This document shows positions 1 through 10,924 of a stretch of DNA of 64,000 nucleotides, in pieces (the first letter of the stretch is position 1; each line of letters begins with the position of its first letter). The DNA comes from an uncultured Verrucomicrobiae bacterium (lineage in GTDB: Bacteria > Verrucomicrobiota > Verrucomicrobiia > Chthoniobacterales > UBA10450): NCBI GenBank assembly GCA_963815455.1, contig CAWFGO010000001.1:1216001-1280000 (forward strand), read 5' to 3'. The translations under genes and the position numbers were made by a program. The notes under the pieces were generated by a model. That model worked only from the letters and a program-made list of their open reading frames with translations, was not told where the DNA came from and did no database searches.

Positions 1-2324
1 ACGTCGAGAACCGCGAAACCATTCCCTACGAGCAATTGCCGCGCGACCTCATCAATGCCGTGGTCGCGGTCGAGGACGCAAAGTTTTATCAACATCACGG
101 CTACGATCTGTTTGGCATGGTCCGAGCCGCGCTGAAAAACGCGCTGGCCGGCCATGTGCGCCAGGGGGCGAGCACGATTACGCAACAGCTGGCCCGCAAC
201 ACCTTTTCGCTCAAGGAAAGGACGTTTCATCGCAAGTTGCTCGAGATTTTTCTGGCCCGCCGGATTGAGGACCGGCTCGGCAAACAGAAAATCATGGAGC
301 TGTATCTGAACCGGATTTATTTCGGTGGCGGTTTGTACGGCGCGGAGGCGGCGGCGCGCGGTTACTTTGGCAAACATGCGCGCGAGATGACATTGGCGGA
401 ATGCGCGACCCTGGCGGGCCTAATCAAAAGCCCTAACAGATTATCGCCGTGGAGCGATCCGGCGGCGTCGCGCGAAGCCCGCAATTACGTCCTGAGCAGG
501 ATGCGCGACCTGGAGTTCATCAATCGCCAGAAGTGGGCGAGCGCGCAGCAGGAAGAAGTCGTGGTCGGCAACCGGCAAAACGCGCAAGGGCAAACCTACG
601 CGGTTGATTACATTCGCCAGAAAGTGATCGAGGCAGTGGGTTGGGACCGGGCGATGAATGAAGGCTTTCGCATTCACACCGCGATCGACGCCGATCTGCA
701 AAAAGTGGCGGAAGAATCGTTGCGCCGGAGTTTGGACCACGCCGAGCAGTTTCCCGGTTATGATCACCAGACCTACGCTGAGTACGCGGCAAACTTCCGC
801 AAAGCGAAATCGAATGGCGGAACCGCGAGTCAGCCGCCGCCCGAATATTTGCAGGGCGCAGTCATTGGAATCGACAACGCAACCGGTGGAATTCTGGTGC
901 TGGTGGGTGGCCGCGATTTCGAGCATAACCAATACGATCGCGCGTTGCAGGCGAAGCGGCCGGTGGGCACGGCGATGTTGCCCTTCGTATACGCGGCGGC
1001 GTTCGAAGACGGAATGTTCCCCGGATCGGTGGTGGAGGATTCGCCGCTCGACAATCGCGCGGTCATGATCGGCGGCACGACGGGAATCCTGGGCGAATGG
1101 GGACCGGAAAGCGCGGAGAATCGCTATGAAGGCGCGATTACCGCACGCGAAGCGCTGGTCAAGTCGAAAAACGGCGCCACCATTCGCATTGGCATGAACG
1201 TCGGTGTCGATCCGGTTCTGCAGCTTTGTCGCACAGCCGGGATTCATTCTGCGCTTCGGCCTTATCCGGCGACGTTTCTAGGCAGCAGCGAAATTACCCT
1301 GGCCGAGCTCGGGCTCGCCTATACGATTTTTCCAAACGGCGGCTGGCGCCCACGGGCGCTTCACATTCTCGAGCGGATCGAGGAAAAGGACGGCACGGTT
1401 TGGACAGCGCAACGCGATTACAAGAAAGACAATGTGATCAAGCCTGAGACGGCCTACGAAGTTCACTCGTGCCTGGTCGATGCGTTGATAAAGGGAACGG
1501 GCAAATCCGCGCGCACACAATTCGGTTTGAAAAAATTTCCGGCGGCGGGCAAAACCGGCACAGCCTACGATTTTACCGATGCGCTCTTCGCCGGTTATGA
1601 TAACAATTTCACCTGCGCGGTCTGGGCCGGCTTCGATAAACCGCAAAAGATTTATCGCGGCGCATTTGGAAGCGAGATCGCTCTGCCGGTCTGGGTCGAT
1701 ATCATGAACGCGGCGGCCGAACATTATCCGGCGGAGGAGATCAAGCAGCCGCCCGGCCTGGAGCGAGTCGAGATTTGTTCGCGATCGGGTTTACTCGCCA
1801 CCGACAGATGTTACGACAGCGTCAAGACCGCAACCGGCGATGTCATCCAGCGGCGCACAACCTATATGGAAATCGCGACCCCGGCGCAGAAGCCGACCGA
1901 GTTCTGCAACGTCCACGGCGAACCGCGAACACGCCTGGTTCGCGAGCAACCAGAGGAAGGAGACTTGCCGCGCGCAGAGTTAGCGGTCGATCTCAGCGAA
2001 GTCACGCCGGTAATCATAAAAACGCCAACCCTTCTGGCCGACAAGGATCCGTACAACGCGATAAAGCCAACGGTGAAGCCGCAGGTGGAACAGCTGCCAG
2101 ACCAGGTGCTCTCGCAGCAGCCGGAAAAAGAACAGAATGGCGAGGAACAGATCGACAATCATAATGCCCAACCCCTTTTAAATCCGTCGCCGGTCAAAGC
2201 GCTCGAAGGCCAGCCGATCGAGATTCGGAAGGCGCTCCCGGTCGGCCCCTCGGAGGAAGAGTTGGAGAACACGCTCTTGAAAAACCAGACGCCGTCTCCG
2301 CCAGAGGCTGATTCGGGCGACTAA
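1..2324 (+). CDS. Class A penicillin-binding protein (PBP1A family), 5' end outside window
   Basis: Transglycosylase motifs EDAKFYQHHG, GASTITQQL, RKxxE and YLNRIYFG; transpeptidase KTGT motif; frame open to the window edge. Confidence 0.9.
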   Translation, partial: VENRETIPYEQLPRDLINAVVAVEDAKFYQHHGYDLFGMVRAALKNALAGHVRQGASTITQQLARNTFSLKERTFHRKLLEIFLARRIEDRLGKQKIMELYLNRIYFGGGLYGAEAAARGYFGKHAREMTLAECATLAGLIKSPNRLSPWSDPAASREARNYVLSRMRDLEFINRQKWASAQQEEVVVGNRQNAQGQTYAVDYIRQKVIEAVGWDRAMNEGFRIHTAIDADLQKVAEESLRRSLDHAEQFPGYDHQTYAEYAANFRKAKSNGGTASQPPPEYLQGAVIGIDNATGGILVLVGGRDFEHNQYDRALQAKRPVGTAMLPFVYAAAFEDGMFPGSVVEDSPLDNRAVMIGGTTGILGEWGPESAENRYEGAITAREALVKSKNGATIRIGMNVGVDPVLQLCRTAGIHSALRPYPATFLGSSEITLAELGLAYTIFPNGGWRPRALHILERIEEKDGTVWTAQRDYKKDNVIKPETAYEVHSCLVDALIKGTGKSARTQFGLKKFPAAGKTGTAYDFTDALFAGYDNNFTCAVWAGFDKPQKIYRGAFGSEIALPVWVDIMNAAAEHYPAEEIKQPPGLERVEICSRSGLLATDRCYDSVKTATGDVIQRRTTYMEIATPAQKPTEFCNVHGEPRTRLVREQPEEGDLPRAELAVDLSEVTPVIIKTPTLLADKDPYNAIKPTVKPQVEQLPDQVLSQQPEKEQNGEEQIDNHNAQPLLNPSPVKALEGQPIEIRKALPVGPSEEELENTLLKNQTPSPPEADSGD

Positions 2325-2327
2325 GCA

Positions 2328-3368
2328 ATGACGCAGCCCAGCGCAAACGAGTTTCGGTTGACCGTGCTCAATCCGGGCGGACGCGACCCGGAGCAGAATT
2401 TTCGCGATCCGGCCGGTCCGGCGACTCCGGTGCATCCGCCGGTGAATTTTCACGCTTTCGCCGCCTGCACCCAAGGGATTTTTCAACACGACACCCAGCG
2501 CGCGGTTGTCGATGAGCTACCGGTCCTGCTCTTGTTACGCGGCGATTTTCGGGCCTCCGAGCGCGCCTTCAAAGAACTCAAAAGGAATGGACGAAAAATC
2601 GCCGTTTCTCTAAAGGAAACCGGCCTGCATCAAATCGCGGGGCAAATGCGCAAACGGGCGCAATTGGCGCGTTTCATGAGAATGGCCGAACACGCCGACG
2701 GTTGCATAGCTACGACGCCGGAAGCGGCCGAAGTGTACTGGCGCGCGCGGTTGCACCGCGATCCGGCCACGGTGGCATTTATTCCAACGCCCTACCCGAT
2801 GGAGGATCGACAATGGGACCTTTCCGCGCCGCCTAACGAGCAAGACGGCATTTTTATCGGCACTCGTGAATGGAACGTTCCGTCGCGCAATCATTTCGCC
2901 GCCCTGCTCGTGGCCCGACAACTGTGCGAAGCGAGCGGCGAACGGGTTACGGTTGTCAATCTGGATGGATGGCTGGGACGCCGTCGTCTGGCTCAGCTCA
3001 AATTTCCCGAAGGAAAGTTGCACCTGATCGAGAAACAAATGCCGTATGCGGATTATCTGCGCGAAGTGGCGCGACATAAAATCGTGCTCCAGCTCGACCG
3101 GAGTCGCGTGCCCGGCCAGGTCGCCGGTGACGCCCTTCTGGCCCGCACCATTTGCGTAGGCGGCGACGGCGCGATTGATCGCATCGTCTTCTCCAAAACG
3201 TGCGGTGAAGGCCGCACCATGAACGATCTGGCCAAGCTCGCCGCCGGCCTACTGAAGGATGCGAATAGCCGGGCCACATTGATCCTGGAATCGCAATGGC
3301 GCGCCATGGAACGGCTCTCGTTTCAGGCGATCCGTGCCCAGCTCGCCGCGTTTTTTGCCAAGCTGTGA
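2328..3368 (+). CDS. Hypothetical protein, possibly GT-B glycosyltransferase-like
   Basis: 346 aa ORF starting 3 nt after the PBP stop; C-terminal segment weakly resembles a GT-B donor-binding domain. Confidence 0.55.
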   Translation: MTQPSANEFRLTVLNPGGRDPEQNFRDPAGPATPVHPPVNFHAFAACTQGIFQHDTQRAVVDELPVLLLLRGDFRASERAFKELKRNGRKIAVSLKETGLHQIAGQMRKRAQLARFMRMAEHADGCIATTPEAAEVYWRARLHRDPATVAFIPTPYPMEDRQWDLSAPPNEQDGIFIGTREWNVPSRNHFAALLVARQLCEASGERVTVVNLDGWLGRRRLAQLKFPEGKLHLIEKQMPYADYLREVARHKIVLQLDRSRVPGQVAGDALLARTICVGGDGAIDRIVFSKTCGEGRTMNDLAKLAAGLLKDANSRATLILESQWRAMERLSFQAIRAQLAAFFAKL

Positions 3369-3396
3369 ATCACGGCGCGCTAGAGTAAGGGTGGAT

Positions 3397-3433
3397 TGTC
3401 ATCCCGAGTCGCGCAGATGACGAGGGACCTCGC
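3397..3433. repeat. Palindromic repeat family A (TGTCATCCCGAG type), left arm only
   Basis: TGTCATCCCGAGTCGCG...CGAGGGACCTCGC matches other family A copies. Confidence 0.65.
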
Positions 3434-3524
3434 GAGGAAGTCTAACGCTCCGAACCATGCTGAAGCATGATCGCTGCTACCGGTTCCGGAATCGCCATGG
3501 CTCCGCCGCGGTCAGCGCCCGCGG

Positions 3525-4706
3525 CTACAGCATCGTCCTTAGGTAGATCTCTTCGAGTCGTCGGACCTGCGCGCGCAAATCGAATTTTTCGCGGACGGTT
3601 TCCGCGCCGTTTCGCGCCAGCCGGGCGAGCGATCGTCGATCCTGAGCGGCTTCCAGCAATGCGCCCGACAACGCCTCGAAATCGCGTTCCCCCACCAGGA
3701 TCCCGCTCACGCCGTTCTCGATCGCTTCGGGAATACCGCCGTGATTTGTCGCGAAAACGGGAAGACCGCTGGCCATTGCTTCCAGCATCGAATTGGGAAT
3801 TCCCTCCTGGTTTCCGTCGATTCCGGTCTCGCTCGGATGCAGAAAAATGTGCGACGCATAAAAGATTTCGCGCAGTTCTTCCTGCGAGACAAAACCGGGC
3901 AGCGCCACACGATTGTCGATCCTGAGTTTTTGCGTTAGCTCGCGCAGCTCTTGGAGCATCGGTCCCTCGCCCGCGATCGTCAGTCTCGCCTCCGGGTATT
4001 TGGCCTGGAAACGGGTGAAGGCGTGCAGCGTCGTAGCCAGCCCTTTCTTTTCGATCAACCGGCAGGCCTGGACCAAATGCCACTCGCCATTTTGCGGAAC
4101 CGCGCGTTCGCGAAATGGAAATTGATCAAGCGGAATTCCAGTCCGCGCGATCTCGATCTTGCTCGGATCGCAGCCAAGATCGACAACGGCGCGGCGCAAC
4201 GATTCCGACCGGACCAGAACGAGCTTCACCGCGCCGAGCATTTGCCGGGTCGCGTCTCGATAGAGCGGCTTGTGCATGTCCACCAAAACGTCGGCGCCGT
4301 GAAAAGAAACGATCGACCGCTTTGGCCAGGCCCGAATGAGTGGCAACAAATGCACGGCAATGTGGCCGAAATAGATGTGCAACAATCGCGCGGCCCGGTT
4401 ATCGAGGACTTCCATCAGCGCCCGCGTTTCTCCCGGCGAAATCTGCCAGGGAGTGTCGCGCACCTGGCGAAACCAGAACCGCCGCAGAAAATGCAACGAC
4501 GGTTTGGGGGCGATGTCGATCCTTTCCAACGGGAAACGATCGGCGTTTTCGCGTTTCTGGGTGATGATGAATGGGGCGACGCGCTCGAGCGCGGTAATCT
4601 GCCGGTAGATGTGCAACATCTCCGGCTTCAGGAAGGTCGCGCAGTAACAGGCGACGACCGGGGGCGTATTGATTTCGGCGCTCAAGTTCGACGTTACATC
4701 GAACAT
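3525..4706 (-). CDS. GT4 glycosyltransferase (WcaL-like)
   Basis: SFHGAD, RLIEKKG and EGIPNSMLEAMASGLPV motifs; true start uncertain. Confidence 0.85.
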   Translation of the reverse strand: MFDVTSNLSAEINTPPVVACYCATFLKPEMLHIYRQITALERVAPFIITQKRENADRFPLERIDIAPKPSLHFLRRFWFRQVRDTPWQISPGETRALMEVLDNRAARLLHIYFGHIAVHLLPLIRAWPKRSIVSFHGADVLVDMHKPLYRDATRQMLGAVKLVLVRSESLRRAVVDLGCDPSKIEIARTGIPLDQFPFRERAVPQNGEWHLVQACRLIEKKGLATTLHAFTRFQAKYPEARLTIAGEGPMLQELRELTQKLRIDNRVALPGFVSQEELREIFYASHIFLHPSETGIDGNQEGIPNSMLEAMASGLPVFATNHGGIPEAIENGVSGILVGERDFEALSGALLEAAQDRRSLARLARNGAETVREKFDLRAQVRRLEEIYLRTML

Positions 4707-4729
4707 CCAACCTCAAACATCAAACATCC

Positions 4730-5041
4730 TCAAAAGACCCACTCGAACAGCTTGATCCCTTTCCATTTCCCGGTCACTGGGTCGATTACGACGCTCTGCT
4801 GGGCCGTGCCGTATTTGGCCGGCGCTTTCGGATTGAGCATCTGCACGGGGTTGTTTCCCGGTGCGAACGCCCGTGGCAACACGCCCCGGACTTCCTCTTT
4901 CTGCAGCGGCGGCGGAATCTTTTTCTTGAGCGTGCTTTTCACGGCTCGCTTTGATTTGGCCGGTGCGGTAAACGTTTGAGGCGCAGCCACGACGGCGGTC
5001 GCCATCATAACCAACAATGCCGAGACCAGATACTTCTTCAT
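4730..5041 (-). CDS. Small secreted hypothetical protein
   Basis: Signal-peptide-like MKKYLVSALLVMMATAVVAA; C-terminus ends in FEWVF. Confidence 0.65.
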   Translation of the reverse strand: MKKYLVSALLVMMATAVVAAPQTFTAPAKSKRAVKSTLKKKIPPPLQKEEVRGVLPRAFAPGNNPVQMLNPKAPAKYGTAQQSVVIDPVTGKWKGIKLFEWVF

Positions 5042-5112
5042 GATTTTTCCCTCCCTACAAAGGCGCGCAATTTCTTGTCGGTTAAAACGCCTCGGCACAG
5101 TATTATAGACCA

Positions 5113-6084
5113 ATGGACTACGTTGAGAAGGCCAAACGTGTGCTCGACGTAGAAATTTTCGAGCTCCAGCGGTTGCGGGACCGGCTGGGTGAAAACTTTT
5201 CCCGCGCCGTGCAGTTAATCAAGGAAACGGTGGATGCCCGGGGCAAGGTGGTGGTGGTCGGGGTCGGCAAATCGGGGAACGTGGGCAGCAAAATCGCCGC
5301 CACCCTCACCAGCACCGGTTCGCCTGCCGTGGTGCTGGATTCCTCGAATGCCTTGCATGGCGACCTGGGCGTGGTGGCCGATGGCGATGTGGTCCTGGCC
5401 TTGAGCGCCAGTGGCGAGACGGAGGAACTGCTCCGGATCTTGCCGGCCATCGCTAGGTTCCAGGTCAAAATCGTTGCCGTTTGCGGCGATCCGAAATCGA
5501 CCCTGGCCCAGAACGCCCACATTTTTCTCGATGTAAATGTCGAGCAGGAGGCGTGTCCGTTAAACCTGGCCCCGACATCGAGCACGACGGCGATGCTGGC
5601 CCTGGGCGATGCCCTCGCGATGGTGTTGCTGGAAGCGCGCGGATTCAGGAAGGAAGATTTCGCCAAGCTTCACCCCGGCGGCGTGATCGGACGCAGTTTA
5701 CTCATCCGGGTGCATCAAGTGATGCGGCCGCGCGAATCGATGGCGCTGGTTTCGCCCGATACGCCGATCCGCGACGTGCTCAAGGCGATGACCAGCGTGC
5801 GGGCCGGCGCCGCAGTTGTGGCCGGCGAAGATCGGCAATTGCTCGGTATTTTCACTCACGGCGATTTTGCGCGGCATTTCCAATCCGATCCCAAGGTCGG
5901 CGAACGTCTGGTCGCGGATCTAATGACGCTAAACCCGGTAACGGTGCATCGGGACAGATTGGCGGTGGAAGTGTTGAACCTGCTCGAGCGTCATCGCATC
6001 GACGACTTGGTCGTGGTGGATGATAACAAGGTGCCGGTCGGCATTGTCGATTCGCAGGACCTTACGCGATTGAAGCTGTTGTAA
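5113..6084 (+). CDS. kdsD: Arabinose-5-phosphate isomerase (KdsD/KpsF/GutQ family)
   Basis: SIS domain GVGKSG, HGDLG, EACPLNLAPTSST and HPGG, followed by a CBS pair. Confidence 0.9.
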   Translation: MDYVEKAKRVLDVEIFELQRLRDRLGENFSRAVQLIKETVDARGKVVVVGVGKSGNVGSKIAATLTSTGSPAVVLDSSNALHGDLGVVADGDVVLALSASGETEELLRILPAIARFQVKIVAVCGDPKSTLAQNAHIFLDVNVEQEACPLNLAPTSSTTAMLALGDALAMVLLEARGFRKEDFAKLHPGGVIGRSLLIRVHQVMRPRESMALVSPDTPIRDVLKAMTSVRAGAAVVAGEDRQLLGIFTHGDFARHFQSDPKVGERLVADLMTLNPVTVHRDRLAVEVLNLLERHRIDDLVVVDDNKVPVGIVDSQDLTRLKLL

Positions 6085-6090
6085 TTGTTC

Positions 6091-6212
6091 CGTCATCCCG
6101 AGCGCTGGCCGCGCCGGAGCGCAGCGAAGGCGGGCAGTCGAGGGATCCCGTCGCGCCAGCTTTAAGGTTTCGTCGCGGATCCTTCGACTCGCTTCGCTCT
6201 GCTCAGGATGAC
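6091..6212. repeat. Palindromic repeat family A
   Basis: CGTCATCCCGAGC...GCTCAGGATGAC terminal inverted repeats; intergenic. Confidence 0.85.
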
Positions 6213-6260
6213 CGGAGGTTTGCTTGCGTCAGCCCAATGCGCATGTAACGTCGCGCTCCC

Positions 6261-6818
6261 ATGGCAGCAGCCAACGATCTCCGCAAAGGACAAGCCATTA
6301 AATACAATGGCAACACCGCCATTGTTCTGGAAGTGCATCATCGTACGCCGGGAAATTTGCGCGCGTTTGTTCAGGCCATTATCCGCTACATTAACACCGG
6401 AAAAAGCGCGGACGTTCGGTTCGGCTCAACCGACAAAGTGGAGTTGGTCGATATCGAACGGAAAGAGGTCGAGTTCAGTTACAAAGATCACAGCGGCTAC
6501 CATTTCATCGATCCGCAGACGTACGACACGATCGATCTCGACGAAGCTTTGCTCGGCGAAGCGAAAGATTATCTGGTGGAAAACCTTTCGGTGCAGGTTC
6601 TTTACGCCGAAGGCAAGGCGGTGCAGGTCGAACTGCCCGCGTCGGTAAATTTGAAGGTCGTTGAATCGGCCGAAGGTTTGCGCGGCGATACCGCCAGCAA
6701 CGTGACCAAGCCGGCCAAACTGGAAACCGGCAAAACGATCAACGTTCCTCTTTTTATCAAGGAAGGCGAAACGATCAAGATCGACACCCGCACCGGCGAT
6801 TACATGGGCCGGGCGTAG
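6261..6818 (+). CDS. efp: Elongation factor P
   Basis: TPGNLRAFV loop, GLRGDTA and VPLFIKEGETIKIDTRTGDY. Confidence 0.95.
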   Translation: MAAANDLRKGQAIKYNGNTAIVLEVHHRTPGNLRAFVQAIIRYINTGKSADVRFGSTDKVELVDIERKEVEFSYKDHSGYHFIDPQTYDTIDLDEALLGEAKDYLVENLSVQVLYAEGKAVQVELPASVNLKVVESAEGLRGDTASNVTKPAKLETGKTINVPLFIKEGETIKIDTRTGDYMGRA

Positions 6819-6842
6819 AAATCATTTCTGACGATTGCGCGC

Positions 6843-6965
6843 GCCATCCCGAGCGCTCGCCGCGCCGTAGCGCAGCGAAGGCGGGAAGTCGAGGGACCCC
6901 GTGGCGCAACCACAAGATTAGCCACGGGATCCCTTCGACTCCGCTTTGCTTCGCTCAGGATGACG
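6843..6965. repeat. Palindromic repeat family A
   Basis: GCCATCCCGAGC...GCTCAGGATGACG; closely similar to 6091-6212, so efp is flanked by two copies. Confidence 0.85.
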
Positions 6966-7064
6966 GCCGGGCGCGTGGTTCCTCCTTGCCAAAATCTGCG
7001 CCAATGGATTCGGCTTCCGCTCGCCACGGCGTCTGCGTAATCTGCGGATGAAACTTTCGGCGCG

Positions 7065-7877
7065 ATGAACCACAGACGAACCCGTCGCGGAGCCAAGCCA
7101 TCGGGCCGCGTGAAGATCACTCCTTACGTCGTGCCGACGACGCGAAAACCGCCTGCAGGCCGCTCGCTGCCGCTGATGGTGCCGACCCGCTGGGTAAAAT
7201 TCGTCGTCGCGATCTTTTTGGTGCCGGTCTGCGCGGTTCTCAGTCAGACGTTCTTTACCGTCTTCGCGCGGGCCACCGTGACCCAGCGGCTTTGGGCGGG
7301 TGAAGAATTCTGGTTCTTTACTCTGGGCGCAATTCTTTGGCCGATCGCGTTCTTCGGTTTGCCGCGACCAATCGTTGTCTACGTCTTCGGACATGAGCTG
7401 ACTCACGCCCTCTGGGTTTGGCTAATGGGCGGACGCGTCAGCCAATTCAGTGTCGGCCGCGAAGGCGGCCACATCGTCACCACCAAGAGCAACTTCTGGA
7501 TCGCGCTCGCTCCCTATTTTTTTCCGATCTACAGCATTTTGGCGATCGGCGTTTTCGGTGTGTGGAGCTTGTTCGCCAATCTGCAGCCGTATGGCCGGCT
7601 GCTGTATGCCGTGATTGGCGCGACCTGGGCGTTTCATTTCACATTCACTTGCTGGATGATTCCCAAGAACCAGAGCGACCTGCGCTCTCACGGCACGTTC
7701 TTCTCGCTGACGGTGATCTATCTCATGAATCTGCTGCTCCTGTGCGTGATGCTCGTTCTCGCTTCAAGGCAAATCACGTTCGCCGATTTCGGCGCGGATT
7801 TGTTAACCAATATCGGAAACTTCGCCCAACGGCTTGGCCATCTGGCCGACCGCTTCAGCCAGGGCGCGGGGCATTAG
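7065..7877 (+). CDS. Membrane metalloprotease-like protein (M50-like)
   Basis: HELTH (HExxH) motif in hydrophobic context, LAPY motif, several TM segments. Confidence 0.7.
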   Translation: MNHRRTRRGAKPSGRVKITPYVVPTTRKPPAGRSLPLMVPTRWVKFVVAIFLVPVCAVLSQTFFTVFARATVTQRLWAGEEFWFFTLGAILWPIAFFGLPRPIVVYVFGHELTHALWVWLMGGRVSQFSVGREGGHIVTTKSNFWIALAPYFFPIYSILAIGVFGVWSLFANLQPYGRLLYAVIGATWAFHFTFTCWMIPKNQSDLRSHGTFFSLTVIYLMNLLLLCVMLVLASRQITFADFGADLLTNIGNFAQRLGHLADRFSQGAGH

Positions 7878-7886
7878 CTTCTCGAT

Positions 7887-8022
7887 TGTCATCCCGAGCG
7901 CAGCGAGGGACCTCGCAAACGCACTCCAACCTTCCGAGCCATCCCGAAGCATGATCGCATCGTCGCTCGCGCGCGTTGTCTCTTCCCTTCTCGCGAGATC
8001 CTTCGCTGCGCTCAAGATGACA
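7887..8022. repeat. Palindromic repeat family A
   Basis: TGTCATCCCGAGCGCAGCGAGGGACCTCGC...GCGAGATCCTTCGCTGCGCTCAAGATGACA between convergent genes. Confidence 0.85.
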
Positions 8023-8028
8023 GGCTCG

Positions 8029-10884
8029 TTAACGATTCGCAATCACCGCAAACGGCAGGATCGACATCGCGTCCGACATTTTGAGTTGTCGATCTTGTAT
8101 CCGTAATTCGCGACAGGCAAAAAGCTCGCTCGCGTTCCCGAGCGAAAGCGACTCGGGTAACTCGATAGCCGTATCCTTCCATTTCTCGCCTGTCGGCGGG
8201 AAACCAATTCGCGACGAGAGCCGGGGTGCGATGATTACGATCCAGCGATCATTCAGTTTTCGCGCGAAACTGACGCAGCAATCGGCGAAGGTCCCGCTGG
8301 CGCGAAGCGGCAAATATTCGCCCCGCTGGAAAAGATCGACATTTTCCCGGCGAAATTGCAGCGTCCGCTGGATCAGGAACATTTTGATCCGGCCATCCGG
8401 CCAATTTTGCATCAGTTCCTCCGATTTCGCCTGGCCGAGTGATTCGAGCATTTCGGCGCGCCGTTTGTAATCAACCGGTCGCCGATTGTCGGGATCGACC
8501 AGACTGTAATCCCAGATCTCGTTACCCTGATAAATATCGGGCACGCCGGGCGAAGTGAGCTTGAGCAACGTTTGCATGAGCGAATTGATTGCGCCGAGCT
8601 GGGCGATATCGCGCGCGACCGGCAGAAAATTGGGCAAGAATTTATTTCGCGGCGACGAATCCAAAATCTTCGCGACGAAATCGTGCATCGCTCCATCCCA
8701 AGCCTCGTTTGGCTGAATCCAGCTAGTATTGAGCTTTGCCTCATACAGCGCCTTACCCATGTAGGCCCGAATCCGATCGATGTAGTCAGCCGTCGCGGTC
8801 GTTTCCGGCTCGCCCGACATTTGGATCGGCCAGGTCCCGAGCAATGTCTGATAAAGCAGATATTCCTCGTTCGAGTCCGGCGCTTCCATTTCGTTCACGC
8901 TGCGTTTCCAGCGGCGATTGGCGATCCGCCACTGCTGTAACGATTTGCGCCAGAGCTCGGGCACTTCCGAAAGGGCCACCATCCGCGCACGCACATCCTC
9001 GCTCCGTTTCGTATCGTGGGTCGAAGTGGCGAGTAACGTCGCCGGCCAATTTCGTTGTCGATCCAAATTGCGCTCGTGGAACGCGTCGATGCTCAGACCG
9101 AATTGCTGCGGCTCGCCCCCGACCTCGTTGAGCGCGACCAGCCGATTATAAATATAGAACACCGTGTCCTCGAGTCCCTTGGCCATGACCGGTCCCGTGG
9201 TTTGCTGAAATTTCAGCACGAAATGGGTGTGCGCTTCCCGGGCGGCGTCATCGAGATTTTCCGGAAATCGAAAAAGCAAAACATCGCGCAGAAAATTGAA
9301 GATCGATTCTTCAATGGCCGGGTTCCGGCGCTTGGCCCCGGCGATGGCGCGTTCGACGACTTGTCGATCTTCTTCGCTCACTGGTTGTCCAGGCGCGAGA
9401 TACGTTCGGTAAACAGGGAAGCAGGCGATCGTTTCCCGCACCGCGCGACCGAGCGCCTCCCAGGTAAAATCGCGAAACCAGCGATTCTGTTCGGAAAGTC
9501 GATCCACCATGTTACCGAGAACATCGACATCGTTGGCCAGCGCCAGTTTCATCACCTGGAGTTTTTTTGCGTAAAGGAGATGACCGAAGTGCAACGAGTG
9601 ACCGATGAAGCGATGAAAAATCTTCGTAATCGCCGTCTCAGCAGCCGAATCGGCCAGCAACTGCGTCACCTGATTCGCAAAATCGTAGCCGGTCGTTCCG
9701 TGCACCGGCCAATCTTTCCGCAGGGCTTCCGAACCAGTGAGAATTTTTTCCAGCGCGAGGTAAATTGCGCGCCCGTCGTTTGGCATCGCGATTCCCAGTG
9801 CCTGCGCGCTGCGCCGCTGGAGTTTGTCGAAATATTCCTGCGGCAAATAGAGTCCGTCCGGATGATCGATGCGCAGGCCGGTGACCGCGCCGGCGTGAAT
9901 AAGATCGAGAAGCAGCTGATGCGTGGCCTCGAAAACTTCCGGCACTTCCATCCGAATCGCGGCCAGATCGTTGATATCGAAAAACCGGCGATAATTGATT
10001 TCTTCGGCGGCGACCCGCCAGAATGCCACTCGATAGGCCTGGGCGTTGAGCAACGCGTCGAGCGTGTCGAAACTGCGCGGATCGCCCGGGTGTCCGTTAA
10101 TCTGAGCCAGCGCCTTGTCTATCGCCTGTTGCACCTGCGGCGCTTCCGCGCATCGCCGTTCCAAGCGCCGTTTGATAATTTCCTTCTCCCGGGCCCGTTC
10201 CGCGATCCGTTCTGGATCGGTCTCGGCGCGCTTCGGCAGGTATTCCAGGGCGGTTAGAATACTTTGAAGCTCGGCGTAGAACTCCTCGTCCTTGAATTCC
10301 TCAAGATTCTGGAGCGCGATCTCGATGATGTATTTGTAAGTGCCCGGCGCGATGGGCAGCCGCCGCTCGTAGTAAGTGAGGTAAAATGTGCCTTCCTCGA
10401 AACGCACCTTCAACTCTCCGCGTTCGAGCACCCGCCCGTATTGATCGCCCAGGATCGGAAGCAGAACCTTGTCGTGCAGGTCCGCTTTCAGCGGTTGCCA
10501 GTCGATGTCGAAATAGGGCGCGTAAATCGAGCTCGGGCCGTTTTCGAGCACGTCCATCCACCATTGATTCAGCGGCTCGGAGATGCCCATGTGGTTCGGC
10601 ACGAAATCAAGCAGTTGCCCCATGGAATGCGCGTGCAGCTCCACGATCCAGGCGTCGTACTCCTCGCGCGAACCGATCGCCGCATTCAGTTTATTGTGAT
10701 CGGTGATGTCGTAACCGTGCAGGCTGTCCGGGCGCGCCTGAAAATAGGGCGACGCATAGGCGTCGCTCACGCCTAACGCGTGCAGGTACGGCACGATCTC
10801 GCGCGCTTGCGCAAACGTGAACTGCCGGTTGAACTGCAACCGGTAGGTGCAACTGGGGATGCGCGGGTGTTCCTCTTTTGTCAT
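8029..10884 (-). CDS. treY: Malto-oligosyltrehalose synthase (GH13)
   Basis: TYRLQFN, HGYD, DFVPNHM, GLRIDHPDGL, STHDTKRSED and SLVDPDNRRPVD motifs. Confidence 0.95.
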   Translation of the reverse strand: MTKEEHPRIPSCTYRLQFNRQFTFAQAREIVPYLHALGVSDAYASPYFQARPDSLHGYDITDHNKLNAAIGSREEYDAWIVELHAHSMGQLLDFVPNHMGISEPLNQWWMDVLENGPSSIYAPYFDIDWQPLKADLHDKVLLPILGDQYGRVLERGELKVRFEEGTFYLTYYERRLPIAPGTYKYIIEIALQNLEEFKDEEFYAELQSILTALEYLPKRAETDPERIAERAREKEIIKRRLERRCAEAPQVQQAIDKALAQINGHPGDPRSFDTLDALLNAQAYRVAFWRVAAEEINYRRFFDINDLAAIRMEVPEVFEATHQLLLDLIHAGAVTGLRIDHPDGLYLPQEYFDKLQRRSAQALGIAMPNDGRAIYLALEKILTGSEALRKDWPVHGTTGYDFANQVTQLLADSAAETAITKIFHRFIGHSLHFGHLLYAKKLQVMKLALANDVDVLGNMVDRLSEQNRWFRDFTWEALGRAVRETIACFPVYRTYLAPGQPVSEEDRQVVERAIAGAKRRNPAIEESIFNFLRDVLLFRFPENLDDAAREAHTHFVLKFQQTTGPVMAKGLEDTVFYIYNRLVALNEVGGEPQQFGLSIDAFHERNLDRQRNWPATLLATSTHDTKRSEDVRARMVALSEVPELWRKSLQQWRIANRRWKRSVNEMEAPDSNEEYLLYQTLLGTWPIQMSGEPETTATADYIDRIRAYMGKALYEAKLNTSWIQPNEAWDGAMHDFVAKILDSSPRNKFLPNFLPVARDIAQLGAINSLMQTLLKLTSPGVPDIYQGNEIWDYSLVDPDNRRPVDYKRRAEMLESLGQAKSEELMQNWPDGRIKMFLIQRTLQFRRENVDLFQRGEYLPLRASGTFADCCVSFARKLNDRWIVIIAPRLSSRIGFPPTGEKWKDTAIELPESLSLGNASELFACRELRIQDRQLKMSDAMSILPFAVIANR

Positions 10885-10924
10885 GTCGGGCAAAACACCT
10901 TAGACACGATTAGCATAATAAGCA